A stretch of 63,364 nt of DNA, filler included, from Guillardia theta CCMP2712 (GCF_000315625.1; 6 parts of 6 records of this genome joined end to end with filler, not necessarily neighbours in it), one strand, 5' to 3'; shown: positions 1-12,333, counted from the first letter of the whole stretch. Translations and numbers: made by a program. Notes: a model not told the origin generated them from the sequence alone.

Positions 1-2
1 AG

Positions 3-587
3 TCATCGGGTTACGAGGGCCCGGCATCGAGGGCATGTCAATGCGTCAGCATGGCCTTGGACGTCTGGCCCTGACGCCTCCGCCTCGCCGGGGGAGGAGA
101 CGAGCTTGATGAAGTGCTTCTGGGCGTGCGACCTGACCTGCTGGACCGACCTCGTCCCGATGAAGCTCGCCATGCTCCTCGCCGCCCCCGCCCCTAGCCC
201 CACGGGGATCCTGCCCTGCGTCACCAAGCTCCGCTCCTTGGGCCCGAACATCTCCAGCGCGATCCGGAAGCGCGCCTCCTCCTCCTCGGTCCAGGGGTGA
301 CGCCTGAAGGCGGGCTGCTTTGTCTTGGGCCTGCCTGCTGACCCCGACCCTCCCCCGCCCTCCTCCTTCCCCGCGCTCGCGTCGCTCTCGACGCCCTCGC
401 CAGGCGGGTCCCACTGCCAGTGCTCGAGGAGGGGATGGGCGTGTAGGGCCTGGCTGTCTTGGAGGAAGGGGTCGGCGAAGGCTGGCTGGCTGGCCGCCAG
501 GCGGGCGACAGCCTCGTCCACCGACTCGTCGTGTGCTGCCGGGTCGATGGCTGGGGGAGCCTGATGGTGGAGGAAGCAGTCTTGCAT
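3..587 (-). CDS. SHAQKYF-class single-repeat Myb transcription factor, copy 1 (inverted arm; 3' end joined to unrelated sequence)
   Basis: WTEEEEARF...IGTRSVQQVRSHAQKHF motif. ATG (MQDCF) at 587. Homology to copy 2 stops at about position 41. Confidence 0.75.
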   Translation of the reverse strand: MQDCFLHHQAPPAIDPAAHDESVDEAVARLAASQPAFADPFLQDSQALHAHPLLEHWQWDPPGEGVESDASAGKEEGGGGSGSAGRPKTKQPAFRRHPWTEEEEARFRIALEMFGPKERSLVTQGRIPVGLGAGAARSMASFIGTRSVQQVRSHAQKHFIKLVSSPGEAEASGPDVQGHADALTCPRCRALVTR

Positions 588-3404
588 GCTGATCTTGTCG
601 CTGAGATGGGAGGCGGAGGGTAAAATAAAAGGGGGGCGGGTAGTAAAGAGGTGTGGTNNNNNNNNNNNNNNNNNNNNNNNNNNNNNNNNNNNNNNNNNNN
701 NNNNNNNNNNNNNNNNNNNNNNNNNNNNNNNNNNNNNNNNNNNNNNNNNNNNNNNNNACCAATGACCAGCTGTCAGCATTGCTGCTGCTGACCACCCGCT
801 TTACTGCCTGCCAGGATCGTCTCCTCGATGAGGCCTGACCGATGCTCAGGGGCTTGCGCTTCAAGGTGATGGAGGGGCTGGTGATGATGCTGATGATGGA
901 GCCGAAGCTTGACGATGAGGCTAGACCTGCAGCAGCACTCGAGGCTGGCCAGGCTTGGCTGAGGGCTCGAGCTCTCACGCTCAAGCTGCACCCCCAGGTC
1001 CTGAAGCTCAAGCTCAACTGTCGACGATATGGAGGGGGAACGCGCCGTCAGCCTCTGAGCCTGTCGACCCTGATGCGGGCAGCGACGAGTACTCCTGGCT
1101 GCATGGCCTGGAGGCAGACCCACACGCTCTAGCCCAAGCCGATGAAGACTCAAGCTCTGAGTCAAGCTCAGGCTCAAGCTCAGCCCCAGCTTGCCGCCGT
1201 CTTTCCTCGTTCGCCCCCGCAAGACGCAAGAAGAGTGGTAAAGAGACGTCAGCAGGCCTGTGACTTGAAGATGGGGAAGCCTTGATATGTCAGCAATCCC
1301 TTCTTGCTGACGGCACCTTGAGATTCAAGAGCCTATTTCCCCTTTTACCACACCTCTTTACTACCCGCCCCCCTCTAGTTCATCACTTGTCTTACACCGA
1401 GCGGCAAGAACAGCATGGGGGACCGCCTGCTCCACCATCAGACTCCCCCAGCCATCGACCCGGCAGCACTCGACGAGTCGGTGGACGAGGCTGTCGCTCG
1501 CATGGCGGCCAGCCAGCCAGCCTTCGCCGACCCCTTCCTCCAAGACAGCCAGGCCCTACACGCCCATCCCCTCCTCGAGCACGGGGACCCGCCTGGCGAG
1601 GGCGTCGAGAGCGACGCGAGCGCGGGGAAGGAGGAGGGCGGGGGAGGGTCGGGGTCAGCAGGCAGGCCCAAGACAAAGCAGCCCGCCTTCAGGCGTCACC
1701 CCTGGACCGAGGAGGAGGAGGCGCGCTTCCGGATCGCGCTGGAGATGTTCGGGCCCAAGGAGCGGAGCTTGGTGACGCAGGGCAGGATCCCCGTGGGGCT
1801 AGGGGCGGGGGCGGCGAGGAGCATGGCGAGCTTCATCGGGACGAGGTCGGTCCAGCAGGTCAGGTCGCACGCCCAGAAGCACTTCATCAAGCTCGTCTCC
1901 TCCCCCAGCGAGGCGGAGGCGTCAGGGCCAGACGTCCAAGGCCATGCTGACGCATCGACATCCCGAGCAGCCGCGGGAGGCAGGGGAGGAGGAGGGCGGC
2001 GGCGGCGAGACGACACCCAGGAGGCGTCACAGGAGCAGGAGGCGAAGGAAGTGGAACAAGGCAGGGAGGGGAGAGGGAGTGGGAGGGATGGGAGAGGGGA
2101 AAGAGGGAGGGAAGCTTGTGACGAGAGGAGAGGAGGGAGGTAGTGACGGCAGCCTCGTGACAGCTGCTGGAGCCACCTGCACGCTCAGCGGTATGTCAGC
2201 GGATGGAGCCTCAAGAGACGGCAGGAGCAGGTCAGGAGGATGGTGTCAGGGAGGAGGGTATGTGAGCTAGGAAGAAGGAAGGGGAGGGAAGGGGAGAACG
2301 TAGGGGTAACGGCCTCTTGTATAGTACAAGTCATGACATGGTGAAGCCTGATGCTCTGAGAGGAACGCAGAGGACTAACTAAGCTACTTCTCATCCATGT
2401 GCCCAACGGCACTGGAGCGACGCCTTGCTGACAGGTGCTGTGACTTTACTACCCCGGTGACTTTTACCACTCAGTGACCATTCCTGCCTTCCGCCTTCCA
2501 CGACGCCGACGCCGACGCCTTCTTCCTCTCCTTCTTTCATGCCTGCCTGCGATGCTGCTCTCGACGTCTGTGCCCTCAGCAGCCCTCCCTCCACCTGCCC
2601 ATGCGCCTCGGCTAGCACCTGTGAGCTCGTCCAGCGCCTGCCCCCGACCCAGCATGGCGCCTACATGCTCTCACACATGCCAGGCAGATCCAGCGGCGGG
2701 TTAGGTGTAGAACCTTTCAACGACTCGGCGCGTCGTCGGTGGGGGCTTGCTTGGGCTAGAGCGTGTGGGTCTGCCTCCAGGCCATGCAGCCAGGAGTACT
2801 CGTCGCTGCCCGCATCAGGGTCGACAGGCTCAGAGGCTGACGTGCCTGGTAGCCGTTGTGATGATGTGGATAGTGCTGCTCAAGCTGATGCGTCAGGCTT
2901 TGAGCTTGAGAGCTCGAGCCCTTAGGCCCGTCTGCTCTCATCCTCTATCTCTCAGAGGAAGCGGGTCGAGCAAGCAGCAACGCCTGCTGACATGATTGTA
3001 TATCTTCTTCTCTTCCTCGTTCCTTGTGCTTGACTGGCTGCTGGTCCATGCTGCTAGTCCCTCTTCCGGCTCGGATGCGGACGCCCTCGTCCTCTCCTGC
3101 CTCTCTCGCTGCCGGCCTGCCATGGCGCCCTCGACGTCTGTCGGCACCAAGCGGACGAGCGCTATCTCTCAGAGCATCAGGCTTCACCATGTCATGACTT
3201 GTATTACACAAGAGAGAGTTACTCCTACGGTCTCCCTTCCCTCCTTGATATCTTGTCGTGCTGTGGCTTTCCTGCTGACCAGATCTATGCCTCTCTTGAG
3301 GCTCCATCCGTCAACCAACACAAGCACCCTTAGCCCGCTTGCGGCTCCAGCCACAGTCTGCCCTCCCTACCTCCCTCCTCTCCTCTCGTCACAAGACTGC
3401 CTGC
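94..3404. repeat. Long direct repeat, left copy (~3.3 kb), built internally from inverted repeats
   Basis: 94..3404 is colinear with 8746..12143. Internal inverted pairs: 41-~760/~1305-1955, ~1047-1140/~2748-2842 and ~2115-2365/~3165-3395. Confidence 0.9.
1415..2143 (+). CDS. SHAQKYF-class Myb transcription factor, copy 2
   Basis: 242-aa ORF containing RRHPWTEEEEARFRIALEMFG...VGLGAGAARSMASFIGTRSVQQVRSHAQKHF. Confidence 0.8.
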   Translation: MGDRLLHHQTPPAIDPAALDESVDEAVARMAASQPAFADPFLQDSQALHAHPLLEHGDPPGEGVESDASAGKEEGGGGSGSAGRPKTKQPAFRRHPWTEEEEARFRIALEMFGPKERSLVTQGRIPVGLGAGAARSMASFIGTRSVQQVRSHAQKHFIKLVSSPSEAEASGPDVQGHADASTSRAAAGGRGGGGRRRRDDTQEASQEQEAKEVEQGREGRGSGRDGRGERGREACDERRGGR

Positions 3405-3447
3405 TCTCCCTCTACACTGCTGACCTGTCCTCTGCTAGTCTCCTCGC

Positions 3448-6400
3448 TGGCTGCTACTGTGACGCCTCCTGGGTGGTCAATGCGCACGCACGGCCTTGGA
3501 TGGCTGGCCATATGCGAGGGCGGGTATTACAGCGAGATCGGCAAGCAGGGAGACGGTTGCAACATCTGCCCCTACGACTTCTACTGCGCGGGGTACTACA
3601 GTATCGAGCCCTGCCCCAACGGCACCTACTCCAAGCAGGGCATTTCGCGTGTGGAGGAGTGTGCGTGCAAGCCCTCAACCTATCTCCTACCCAACGGTGT
3701 ATGTGATGTCTGCCCGGAGCGTTACTACTGCGCGGGGAGCCTCGACCCTGCCATGCCCTGTCCGAATCACTCCTGGTCATTCAATAGTTCGTCGAGCATC
3801 ATGAGCTGCGTCTGCGAGTATGGGTACTCCGGCCCTGGGAACACCCAGTGTGAGCCCTGTCCTCCTGGGACCTACAAGGACACGAGGAGCATGGCGGCGT
3901 GCACGGCCTGTCCCACGGACACCTACCAACCCAACACCGTGGCCACTAACATAAGCGAGTGCCTCCGGTGCCCCTTGCATTCGGTCTCACAACCCTCCAC
4001 GGGTTCGATTGGTGGGTGCCTCTGCATCCCAGGTTATTACAGGGAGGGAGACGCTTGCTCAGCGTGCCCGAAGGGTTTTTACACCGACCAGTACAACCTC
4101 GCGGCATGCATCGAGTGCGGCCCGAACCAGTACTCGCTGGTCATCGCCGCCAACACGTCGGAGGTCTGCACCTCCTGCCCCGGGAACAGCACCCGCTACA
4201 GCGTCTCCCCGGCTTCGGAGCCAGCATGGATGGGGGTAGGCTATCATGCGATGCGTGCCCGATGGGTCAGTACAAGGCGGGTCCCGGGAATTACAGCTGT
4301 ACCACCTGCCCCGAGAACACATACGCAGACGCCCTTGCCAGCACGGGATGCTCCTCCTGCCCGCTGAACTCGATATCGACATCCGGATCCAGCTCGGAGT
4401 CGTACTGCAGATGCATCCCCGGCTACGAGAAGAGGTGCGACGGTGAGCATCGAGGGATGCCTATGCTACCGTGGCTACGAGAGGGTGGGAGAGAGGTGCG
4501 ATGCCTGCCCTCCGGGCAAGTTCAAGGCGAGAGACGGGAGCACGGAGGCATGCCAGGATTGCCCAACCGGGTACTTCCAACCCCTCTCGGGCCAGGCCCA
4601 GTGCCTCCCATGCTCCGCCGTGGGCCTGTACACCACCACGGTGGGTCCTGGCACCGCCTCTCCTTCAGAATGTCTCTGTATCGATGGTTATGGCCTGCAG
4701 TCCTACGACGAGGCCGCACAGGTAAAGGTGTGCCGCCCATGCACCAGCAGTGGCTTCAAGCGGGGCGTCAACGACGATGCATGCACCGTGTGCCCGACGA
4801 CAGACAGCATCGCAAAGCACTACTACATCATCGGTGACCAATGCGTGATCGCCTGTGACTTTGGTTTCGTGCAGGATGACACCAGCGGCAGCTGCCAACC
4901 CAGTGCCGCCGATCTCACCCCATTGGCTTACGATCTGTCGTTTCGGAATATCCATGCGGACCATCTGCTAGACAGCCTGCAGGGTGAGATGAGGGTGCAA
5001 TACACCCCGGGTGCAAGCCTCCCGATCCTCTACGTCATAGGAAGTCCCTTCGAGTGTGGGGAATGCTGCATGCCCCTCATCAGCGAGGGCTACATGGGAG
5101 ATAGCATGCAATCGGTCGCACTCGGCTGTGGATGGGAGAACCACACCTCCAATTGCACCTGTGAGGAGTGGGACCTGGCCGTCCAGGATCGCATCATCCC
5201 CTATGAGACAGACAGTTACGGTTTCATGGACATCTCACCCACCGTGGGTGGGTACAACCCCTTCTCGCTCTATGTCAACCGGTTTCCCCGTGCATTGAAC
5301 TGCACACCATGGGGACAGTCCTCACTGAACTGCTCCTTCTACCTCGCCGCCTCGTTCCTCAGCCTGAACCCGGAGTTCAGCCTCGGATACAGCAGCGTGT
5401 TCCACAAATTCTCCTTCAGCAAGACTGTCGCCGGTACGTTCTCCGTCTTCGAGAGGGTGAGATCAGATATGATGAACCATTTATCGATGTCCGTCTACCA
5501 CTTCGACCAGAGCTCTGTGGTGGGGGTGAGATTCATGTTCTCTGGCCCGGAGGCGCTCCTCACCCGGCCTCAGGCCATGACCTTCAAGCTGAGCATGGGC
5601 GGCGTGGATGTGCTCGCTGAATCCCAGGTCTGCCATCACCTCGCCGCGATCCCGGGCCCGCACTGCTGGAAGGGCAACGGTTGGCTAGAGGGAGAGGTGC
5701 TCATCCATTCCGGGAGCGACTGCCGAGGCCTGCAGACATGGCCATCTGCAAAGTCAATGTGGATCTTCCTGGAGCTCCCAACCATGGCCTTTGACAGCAT
5801 CAGGGTGACGCTCCTCCTCTCCAACACGGAACCCATCTATACCTTCACGGGCGCCGGGGTGACAAGCCTGCATGGCTTCCTCAGGGCGTGCCCCGCGGTC
5901 TTCAGCGCCTACGACACTCGGACACTCAACGCCAGCGTAAGAGAGGGGCTCAATGGGACATGGGAGGAGTACAGCTCTTGGATGAGGGTGGGAGGGATAT
6001 CCATCCAGTCCTCCGTGCTGCAGATCGCCCTCGGCATGCCTGGGATATCACAGGTAGAGATCGTCATGGTCCACGTCATTGGCAACGCGCTAGCCGGCCT
6101 CATAGACAACCTCGTTCAGGACAACCGCATGTTCGACTACCAAGGCACGCGCCATCTCATCCTGAGCAGGGCGTTCCAGACCATCTGCTTCGCTGACAAC
6201 CCCATGAACTGCATCCCGAGGACTACCACCGTGGGCCTCCGAGGCTCATCGATGTCCTCCGCCTGGCCGACGACGACGCGCTCTGCGAGGAGGGAATGCG
6301 GTCGTGGCTACAGGACATCGCCAAGGTGCAGCCCTCCACGAGTCTATGGGCGGCGTCCAAGGCCTGCATGGGGAGGATCACCTCGGAGCAGAGCCATTTC

Positions 6401-6523
6401 GCCGTGCCCGTGGCCTACGAGTGGCCCGCATCCTTCCAGCAGTGGGTGGAGGAGGGAGGGGTGGTCGTCACCTACCTCTCCCTGGCGGTCCCTACCCACC
6501 AACCCGCGTTCCACTATAACTGA
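3448..6523 (+). pseudogene. Cys-rich surface-protein gene with GCC2/GCC3 (ephrin-receptor-like/TNFR-like) repeats, 5'-truncated and frameshifted
   Basis: Repeated C..CP.G.Y/K....C..CP....S......C.C..GY motifs continue across the ORF frames 3339-4367, 3959-4837 and 4443-6530, and the C-terminus lies in the frame ending at 6523. At least 3 frameshifts, no intron signals. Confidence 0.75.
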
Positions 6524-6583
6524 GCGGTAGGGACACCCAACCCTCCCATATTCTCCCCAGCCCACGCATAAGGATATCCGCAA

Positions 6584-8131
6584 ATGTCAATGGCACTCAG
6601 CAAGGAAAGGAACACCGTAATCACAGACGTCCGTACCTACGACCTCCGTATCATCAGGGATGCCGCGATCCACGTCCGCGTCGCCTACAGCGCAGGACCC
6701 AACGAGCGGGCCAACCGCCTGAAGAACGAGTGGCCGCGAGTCTTTGGGACCGACGACGAGTTCATCGAGTTCACCGGAGCGAGCGAGGATGCGTTTATCC
6801 GTTTATTCGAGAGGATGATGATGGGGAAGTTGGCATCCGGCGATCCCAGGCGCGTGCTTTGCTCCGAGCTATACAATAACATCGATCAAGGGTTGGCACA
6901 CGTCGACGCCAATGTCCCCGAGGCGCTGCGCAAGAGCGTGGTGAGGACCGCAAGGATGTACATCCTGATATTCCTGATGATGCACGACTACCGACCACAC
7001 CTGCTGAGCTCCTTGAACCAGAAATGGTACGGCTGCAACTTCCTCATCGTCACGTCCGAGCTCCTCCGGAACGAGCCCGTGATCTTCACCACCTACGTCA
7101 AGGCATACCTCATAAAGGCGCTGGACGTGAAGGAATCACGCATCTTGAAGTACATCTTCTCGGAATACTTGGTTAAGGCCGGGCATAGGCACATCACCAA
7201 TCTCTTCGATCGCATAAGCTTCGTCGGATGCACCATGAGCGGGGCGGTCGTGTGTGAGTGCATCCGTGAATTCTACCAGGGATCGAGCGACGAGAAGTTC
7301 TGGAACATGCTCCCTCACTGCAAGTGCGGATGCGACGGCCTCTGCCTGCAGCTGATGAACACCGTGTGCATACAGAGCAACAACACGCTGCACATGTATT
7401 GCAAGATCACGATGCTCATATACATGTCCCAGGTCCACGGCGTCCCCTTTGTGAACTTCGCCCCGAATAAGGGGACGTTCACGATCGGGCGCCTCCTGTC
7501 TACGTGGTCGGACAACTTTGTGAGCCACATGGAGCGCAACATAAACGACCAGCTCTCCATCATGTGCCCCAAGGTGCGTCGCTGCAACGACAATATCGCC
7601 AACATCGTCTCGAACTACATCCGGAGGTGCAGAGCGATCGATAACGTCTTTGCAGAGCCCAGCCGCGTCTGCCTCCTCTGCGTGAACGACTTCAAGTGCG
7701 CGCTATGCAGCGCTTAGGATTGCTCGCATATCCACCACTGTCCATACGGTTATCCTCACTTCATCAGCAGCGTGATGAACCTCCTCTCCAACATCCGGTC
7801 CTACTCCTCCCAGGTGAGGTGCTGGGATGGCCTCACAAGCCGCGACGTCGTCTACGGCAGGAAGGGGATGAGGATAAGCGATCATTACACGGGTTCAGGA
7901 AGCGGAAGCTCCACCCCCAACGGGCACGTCAAGCCCATCCTGCAGGTAGCCCTGACGACCATACGCCGCTGGTCACACGGGGAGGAATGGAGCGATCACG
8001 TAATCATGCTGATCGACACCTACTGCGACGTCTTTGACAGGGATGAGTCAGTGATCCTGAAGACCATATACGACATGGACAGGGATGCCTACAACGAGGT
8101 GACGCTCAGGCTCAGGCAGCCTAGGGATTGA
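6584..8131 (+). pseudogene. Unknown ~515-codon intron-less gene with a Cys/His-rich (Zn-finger-like) segment, interrupted by one in-frame TAG
   Basis: ORFs 6584-7717 and 7772-8131 share a frame, and the only stop between them is TAG 7715-7717: ...CLLCVNDFKCALCSA*DCSHIHHCPYGYPHFISSVMNLL... Confidence 0.65.
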
Positions 8132-8740
8132 CGACGGCTGGGAAGAGGAAGTCTGGGATATTGAAGTTCTGTTGCCTCCTCTCGAGGACGGTGCGGATGA
8201 ACTCGGCGTTCTCCTCCAGCGTCGATCGCATGCGGAATATCAGGTCATCTAGCGTTGCATCGCCTTCAACGCACGAGCGGTCGATGATCTCCTGCACGTC
8301 ATGCCGTGAGCCCTGACACATGGCCATGTAGGCATCGATGATAGAGACGAGCTCGCGGATGCACCTCCTCGCGACCTCCTGTCTTGCATGATCAACCCGC
8401 AGAGTGCGTTCTGATGTGTCTGTAGATCGAGCTGCGAGTTCCTCCATTCGTGGTAGAGGTGTATCATGTTGCCGCTTGTAAAATCCAAGTTCGAGACCTG
8501 CATCACCCTCTGCCTGCACTCATCCTCCTCCATCTTCTTCGTGTGCTTCTCGCACGCCGTTCTCACCCTATGCCTCAGCCATCCCAGCTTGTTCTACAAG
8601 CTCTGCCTCGAGATCATGGCAAGCTCCACCCAGCCCATACGAAAGAGGAGCGGGTGGCACATATGCAGCATATCCGGTACGAGATCGGACTCGTGCGTAG
8701 AGGTCGGGCGGAGGGGGAAGGACACATCCTCCATCATCAT
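8121..8740 (-). pseudogene. Unknown helical protein gene with one in-frame TAG and one frameshift
   Basis: Reads MMMEDVSFPLRPT...ISRQSL*NKLGWLRHRVRTACEK...LIMQD, then shifts frame into ...RRCIRELVSIIDAY...FPAVVNP*. Its stop overlaps the convergent stop at 8129-8131. Confidence 0.55.
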
Positions 8741-9239
8741 ACACCGAGGAGACGAGCTTGATGAAGTGCTTCTGGGCGTGCGACCTGACCTGCTGGACCG
8801 ACCTCGTCCCGATGAAGCTCGCCATGCTCCTCGCCGCCCCCGCCCCTAGCCCCACGGGGATCCTGCCCTGCGTCACCAAGCTCCGCTCCTTGGGCCCGAA
8901 CATCTCCAGCGCGATCCGGAAGCGCGCCTCCTCCTCCTCGGTCCAGGGGTGACGCCTGAAGGCGGGCTGCTTTGTCTTGGGCCTGCCTGCTGACCCCGAC
9001 CCTCCCCCGCCCTCCTCCTTCCCCGCGCTCGCGTCGCTCTCGACGCCCTCGCCAGGCGGGTCCCACTGCCAGTGCTCGAGGAGGGGATGGGCGTGTAGGG
9101 CCTGGCTGTCTTGGAGGAAGGGGTCGGCGAAGGCTGGCTGGCTGGCCGCCATGCGGGCGACAGCCTCGTCCACCGACTCGTCGTGTGCTGCCGGGTCGAT
9201 GGCTGGGGGAGTCTGATGGTGGAGGAAGCAGTCTTGCAT
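8568..9239 (-). CDS. SHAQKYF-class Myb, copy 3, fused at 8745/8746 to an out-of-frame tail from the cassette
   Basis: Near-identical to copy 1 up to KLVSS, then VYDDGG... read from cassette DNA. Confidence 0.65.
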   Translation of the reverse strand: MQDCFLHHQTPPAIDPAAHDESVDEAVARMAASQPAFADPFLQDSQALHAHPLLEHWQWDPPGEGVESDASAGKEEGGGGSGSAGRPKTKQPAFRRHPWTEEEEARFRIALEMFGPKERSLVTQGRIPVGLGAGAARSMASFIGTRSVQQVRSHAQKHFIKLVSSVYDDGGCVLPPPPDLYARVRSRTGYAAYVPPAPLSYGLGGACHDLEAELVEQAGMAEA

Positions 9240-12143
9240 GCTGATCTTGTCGCTCAGATGAGCGAAGGGTAAAATAGAGGGGGCGGTAGTAAAGAGGTGT
9301 GGTAAAAGGGAAGTGATATCTGAAAGTGCCGTCAGCACCAATGACCAGCTGTCAGCATTGCTGCTGCTGACCACCCGCTTTACTGCCTGCCAGGATCGTC
9401 TCCTCGATGAGGCCTGACCGATGCTCAGGGGCTTGCGCTTCAAGGTGATGGAGGGGCTGGTGATGATGCTGATGATGGAGCCGAAGCTTGACGATGAGGC
9501 TAGACCTGCAGCAGCACTCGAGGCTGGCCAGGCTTGGCTAAGGGCTCGAGCTCTCACGCTCAAGCTGCACCCCCAGGTCCTGAAGCTCAAGCTCGACTAT
9601 CGACGATATGGAGAGGGAACGCGCCGTCAGCCTCTGAGCCTGTCGACCCTGATGCGGGCAGCGACGAGTACTCCTGGCTGCATGGCCTGGAGGCAGACCC
9701 ACACGCTCTAGCCAAAGCAAGCCTCGACAGCAGCAGAAGCTGCTCTCCCCAGCCCCCACCGACGATGCGCCGAGTCGTTGAAGGATTCTACGCAAGACAA
9801 GCCGCGGCATGTGTGAGAGCATGTAGGCGCCATGCTTGGGGGCGGATAGCTGACGCGAACTCAAGCTCAAGCTCATGCTCAAGCCCATGCTCATGCTCAA
9901 GCTCAAGCTCAAGCTCAGCCCCAGGTTGCCGCCGTCTTTCCTCGTTCGCCCCCGCAAGACGCAAGAAGAGTGGTAAAGAGACGTCAGCAGGCCTGTGACT
10001 TGAAGATGGGGAAGCCTTGATATGTCAGCAGTCCCTTCTTGCTGACGGCACCTTGAGATTCAAGAGTCTATTGCTCCTTTTACCACACCTCTTTACTACC
10101 CGCCCCCCTCTATTTCATCCCCTGTCTTTCGCCGAGCGACAAGAACAGCATGGGGGACCGCCTGCTCCACCATCAGACTCCCCCAGCCATCGACCCGGCA
10201 GCACACGACGAGTCGGTGGACGAGGCTGTCGCTCGCATGGCGGCCAGCCAGCCAGCCTTCGCCGACCCCTTCCTCCAAGACAGCCAGGCCCTACACGCCC
10301 ATCCCCTCCTCGAGCACGGGGACCCGCCTGGCGAGGGCGTCGAGAGCGACGCGAGCGCCACGAAGCAGGACCTGCAGGCAGCGTCAGCGTCAGCAAGGAG
10401 GCCCACGCCACCGCCGCCCTCCTTCCGGCGTGACACCAGCCCCCCGGAGGAGGACCCCTCCTTCACCCCTACCACCTCCTCTCCCCCCCCCTCCTTCTAC
10501 CACCTCCGCCTCCTGCTGCTGGATCCCCGCCGGCTTAGCGTCGGGGCGCCGCCGCCCCCCTCCTCCCCCCCCCCCCCCCGCGGCTCCTCAGCAGGTCACG
10601 TCGCCGGCACCGCCGCCGTCCACCCCCCCCGCCTCCTCCCCCAGCGAGGCGGAGGCGTCAGGGCCAGACGTCCAAGGCCATGCCGACGCATCGACATCTC
10701 GAGCAGCCGCGGGAGGCAGGGGAGGAGGAGGGCGGCGGCGGCGAGACGACACCCAGGAGGCGTCACAGGAGCAGCAGGCGAAGGGAGTGGAAGAAGGCAG
10801 GGAGGGGAGAGGGAGTGGGAGGGATGGGAGAGGGGAAAGAGGGAGGGAAGCTTGTGACGAGAGGAGAGGAGGGAGGTAGTGACGGCAGCCTCGTGACAGC
10901 TGCTGGAGCCACCTGCAGGCTCAGCGGTATGTTTGTCAACGGATGGAGCCTCAAGAGACGGCAGGAGCAGGTCAGGNNNNNNNNNNNNNNNNNNNNNNNN
11001 NNNNNNNNNNNNNNNNNNNNNNNNNNNNNNNNNNNNNNNNNNNNNNNNNNNNNNNNNNNNNNNNNNNNNNNNNNNNNNNNNNNNNNNNNNNNNNNNNNNN
11101 NNNNNGCAGAGGACTAACTAAGCTACTTCTCATCCATGTGCCCAACGGCACTGGAGCGACGCCTTGCTGACAGGTGCTGTGACTTTACTACCCCGGTGAC
11201 TTTTACCACTCAGTGACCATTCCTGCCTTCCGCCTTCCACGACGCCGACGCCNNNNNNNNNNNNNNNNNNNNNNNNNNNNNNNNNNNNNNNNNNNNNNNN
11301 NNNNNNNNNNNNNNNNNNNNNNNNNNNNNNNNNNNNNNNNNNNNNNNNNNNNNNNNNNNNNNNNNNNNNNNNNNNNNNNNNNNNNNNNNNNNNNNNNNNN
11401 NNNNNNNNNNNNNNNNNNNNNNNNNNNNNNNNNNNNNNNNNNNNNNNNNNNNNNNNNNNNNNNNCGGCGCGTCGTCGGTGGGGGCTTGCTTGGGCTAGAG
11501 CGTGTGGGTCTGCCTCCAGGCCATGCAGCCAGGAGTACTCGTCGCTGCCCGCATCAGGGTCGACAGGCTCAGAGGCTGACGTGCCTGGTAGCCGTTGTGA
11601 TGATGTGGATAGTGCTGCTCAAGCTGATGCGTCAGGCTTTGAGCTTGAGAGCTCGAGCGCTTAGGCCCGTCTGCTCTCATCCTCTATCTCTCAGAGGAAG
11701 CAGGTCGAGCAAGCAGCAACGCCTGCTGACATGATTGTATATNNNNNNNNNNNNNNNNNNNNNNNNNNNNNNNNNNNNNNNNNNNNNNNNNNNNNNNNNN
11801 NNNNNNNNNNNNNNNNNNNNNNNNNNNNNNNNNNNNNNNNNNNNNNNNNNNNNNNNNNNNNNNNNNNNNNNNNNNNNNNNNNNNNNNNNNNNNNNNNNNN
11901 NNNNNNNNNNNNNNNNNNNNNNNNNNNNNNNNNNNNNNNNNNNNNNNNNNNNNNNNNNNNCTCCTACGGTCTCCCTTCCCTCCTTGATATCTTGTCGTGC
12001 TGTGGCTTTCCTGCTGACCAGATCTATGCCTCTCTTGAGGCTCCATCCGTCAACCAACACAAGCACCCTTAGCCCGCTTGCGGCTCCAGCCACAGTCTGC
12101 CCTCCCTACCTCCCTCCTCTCCTCTCGTCACAAGCCTGCCTGC
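8746..12143. repeat. Long direct repeat, right copy (gapped)
   Basis: Colinear with 94..3404. Carries an extra block at ~9720-9900 and a scrambled Myb segment at ~10359-10635. Confidence 0.9.
10150..10879 (+). pseudogene. Myb copy 4, DNA-binding domain unreadable (colinear but C-biased segment)
   Basis: Flanks are near-identical to copy 2. 10359-10635 keeps the length and scattered motifs of the Myb region but not its coding sequence. Confidence 0.5.
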
Positions 12144-12190
12144 CTTNNNNNNNNNNNNNNNNNNNNNNNNNNNNNNNNNNNNNNNNNNNN

Positions 12191-12202
12191 TTAATTAATT
12201 AA
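12191..12202. other. Artificial contig-joining linker (TTAATTAATTAA in Ns)
   Basis: Six-frame stop linker flanked by N runs. The same linker occurs at 18576, 38575, 50933 and 60152. Confidence 0.95.
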
Positions 12203-12246
12203 NNNNNNNNNNNNNNNNNNNNNNNNNNNNNNNNNNNNNNNNNNNN

Positions 12247-12247
12247 T

Positions 12248-12329
<82 letters not shown>

Positions 12330-12333
12330 TCTA

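Noticed and set aside
7715-7717. TAG reassignment in the cassette (two in-frame TAGs)
   Set aside because: The same cassette has several frameshifts and one gene ends at TAG (8121), so decay is the simpler explanation.
10359-10635. Apparent hypermutation or replacement of the Myb domain in copy 4
   Set aside because: Same length and colinear with copy 2 but drifting to poly-C in a gap-ridden region. Most simply low-quality base calls; needs raw reads.
94-12143. LTR retrotransposon interpretation of the long direct repeats
   Set aside because: No TG...CA ends, PBS/PPT or gag/pol, and the repeats contain Myb genes.
12191-12202. Repeated TTAATTAATTAA motif (5 times in the window)
   Set aside because: Always embedded in N runs. 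It is an artificial six-frame-stop linker, so no biological link is inferred across it, including between the virus-like cassette and the transposon.
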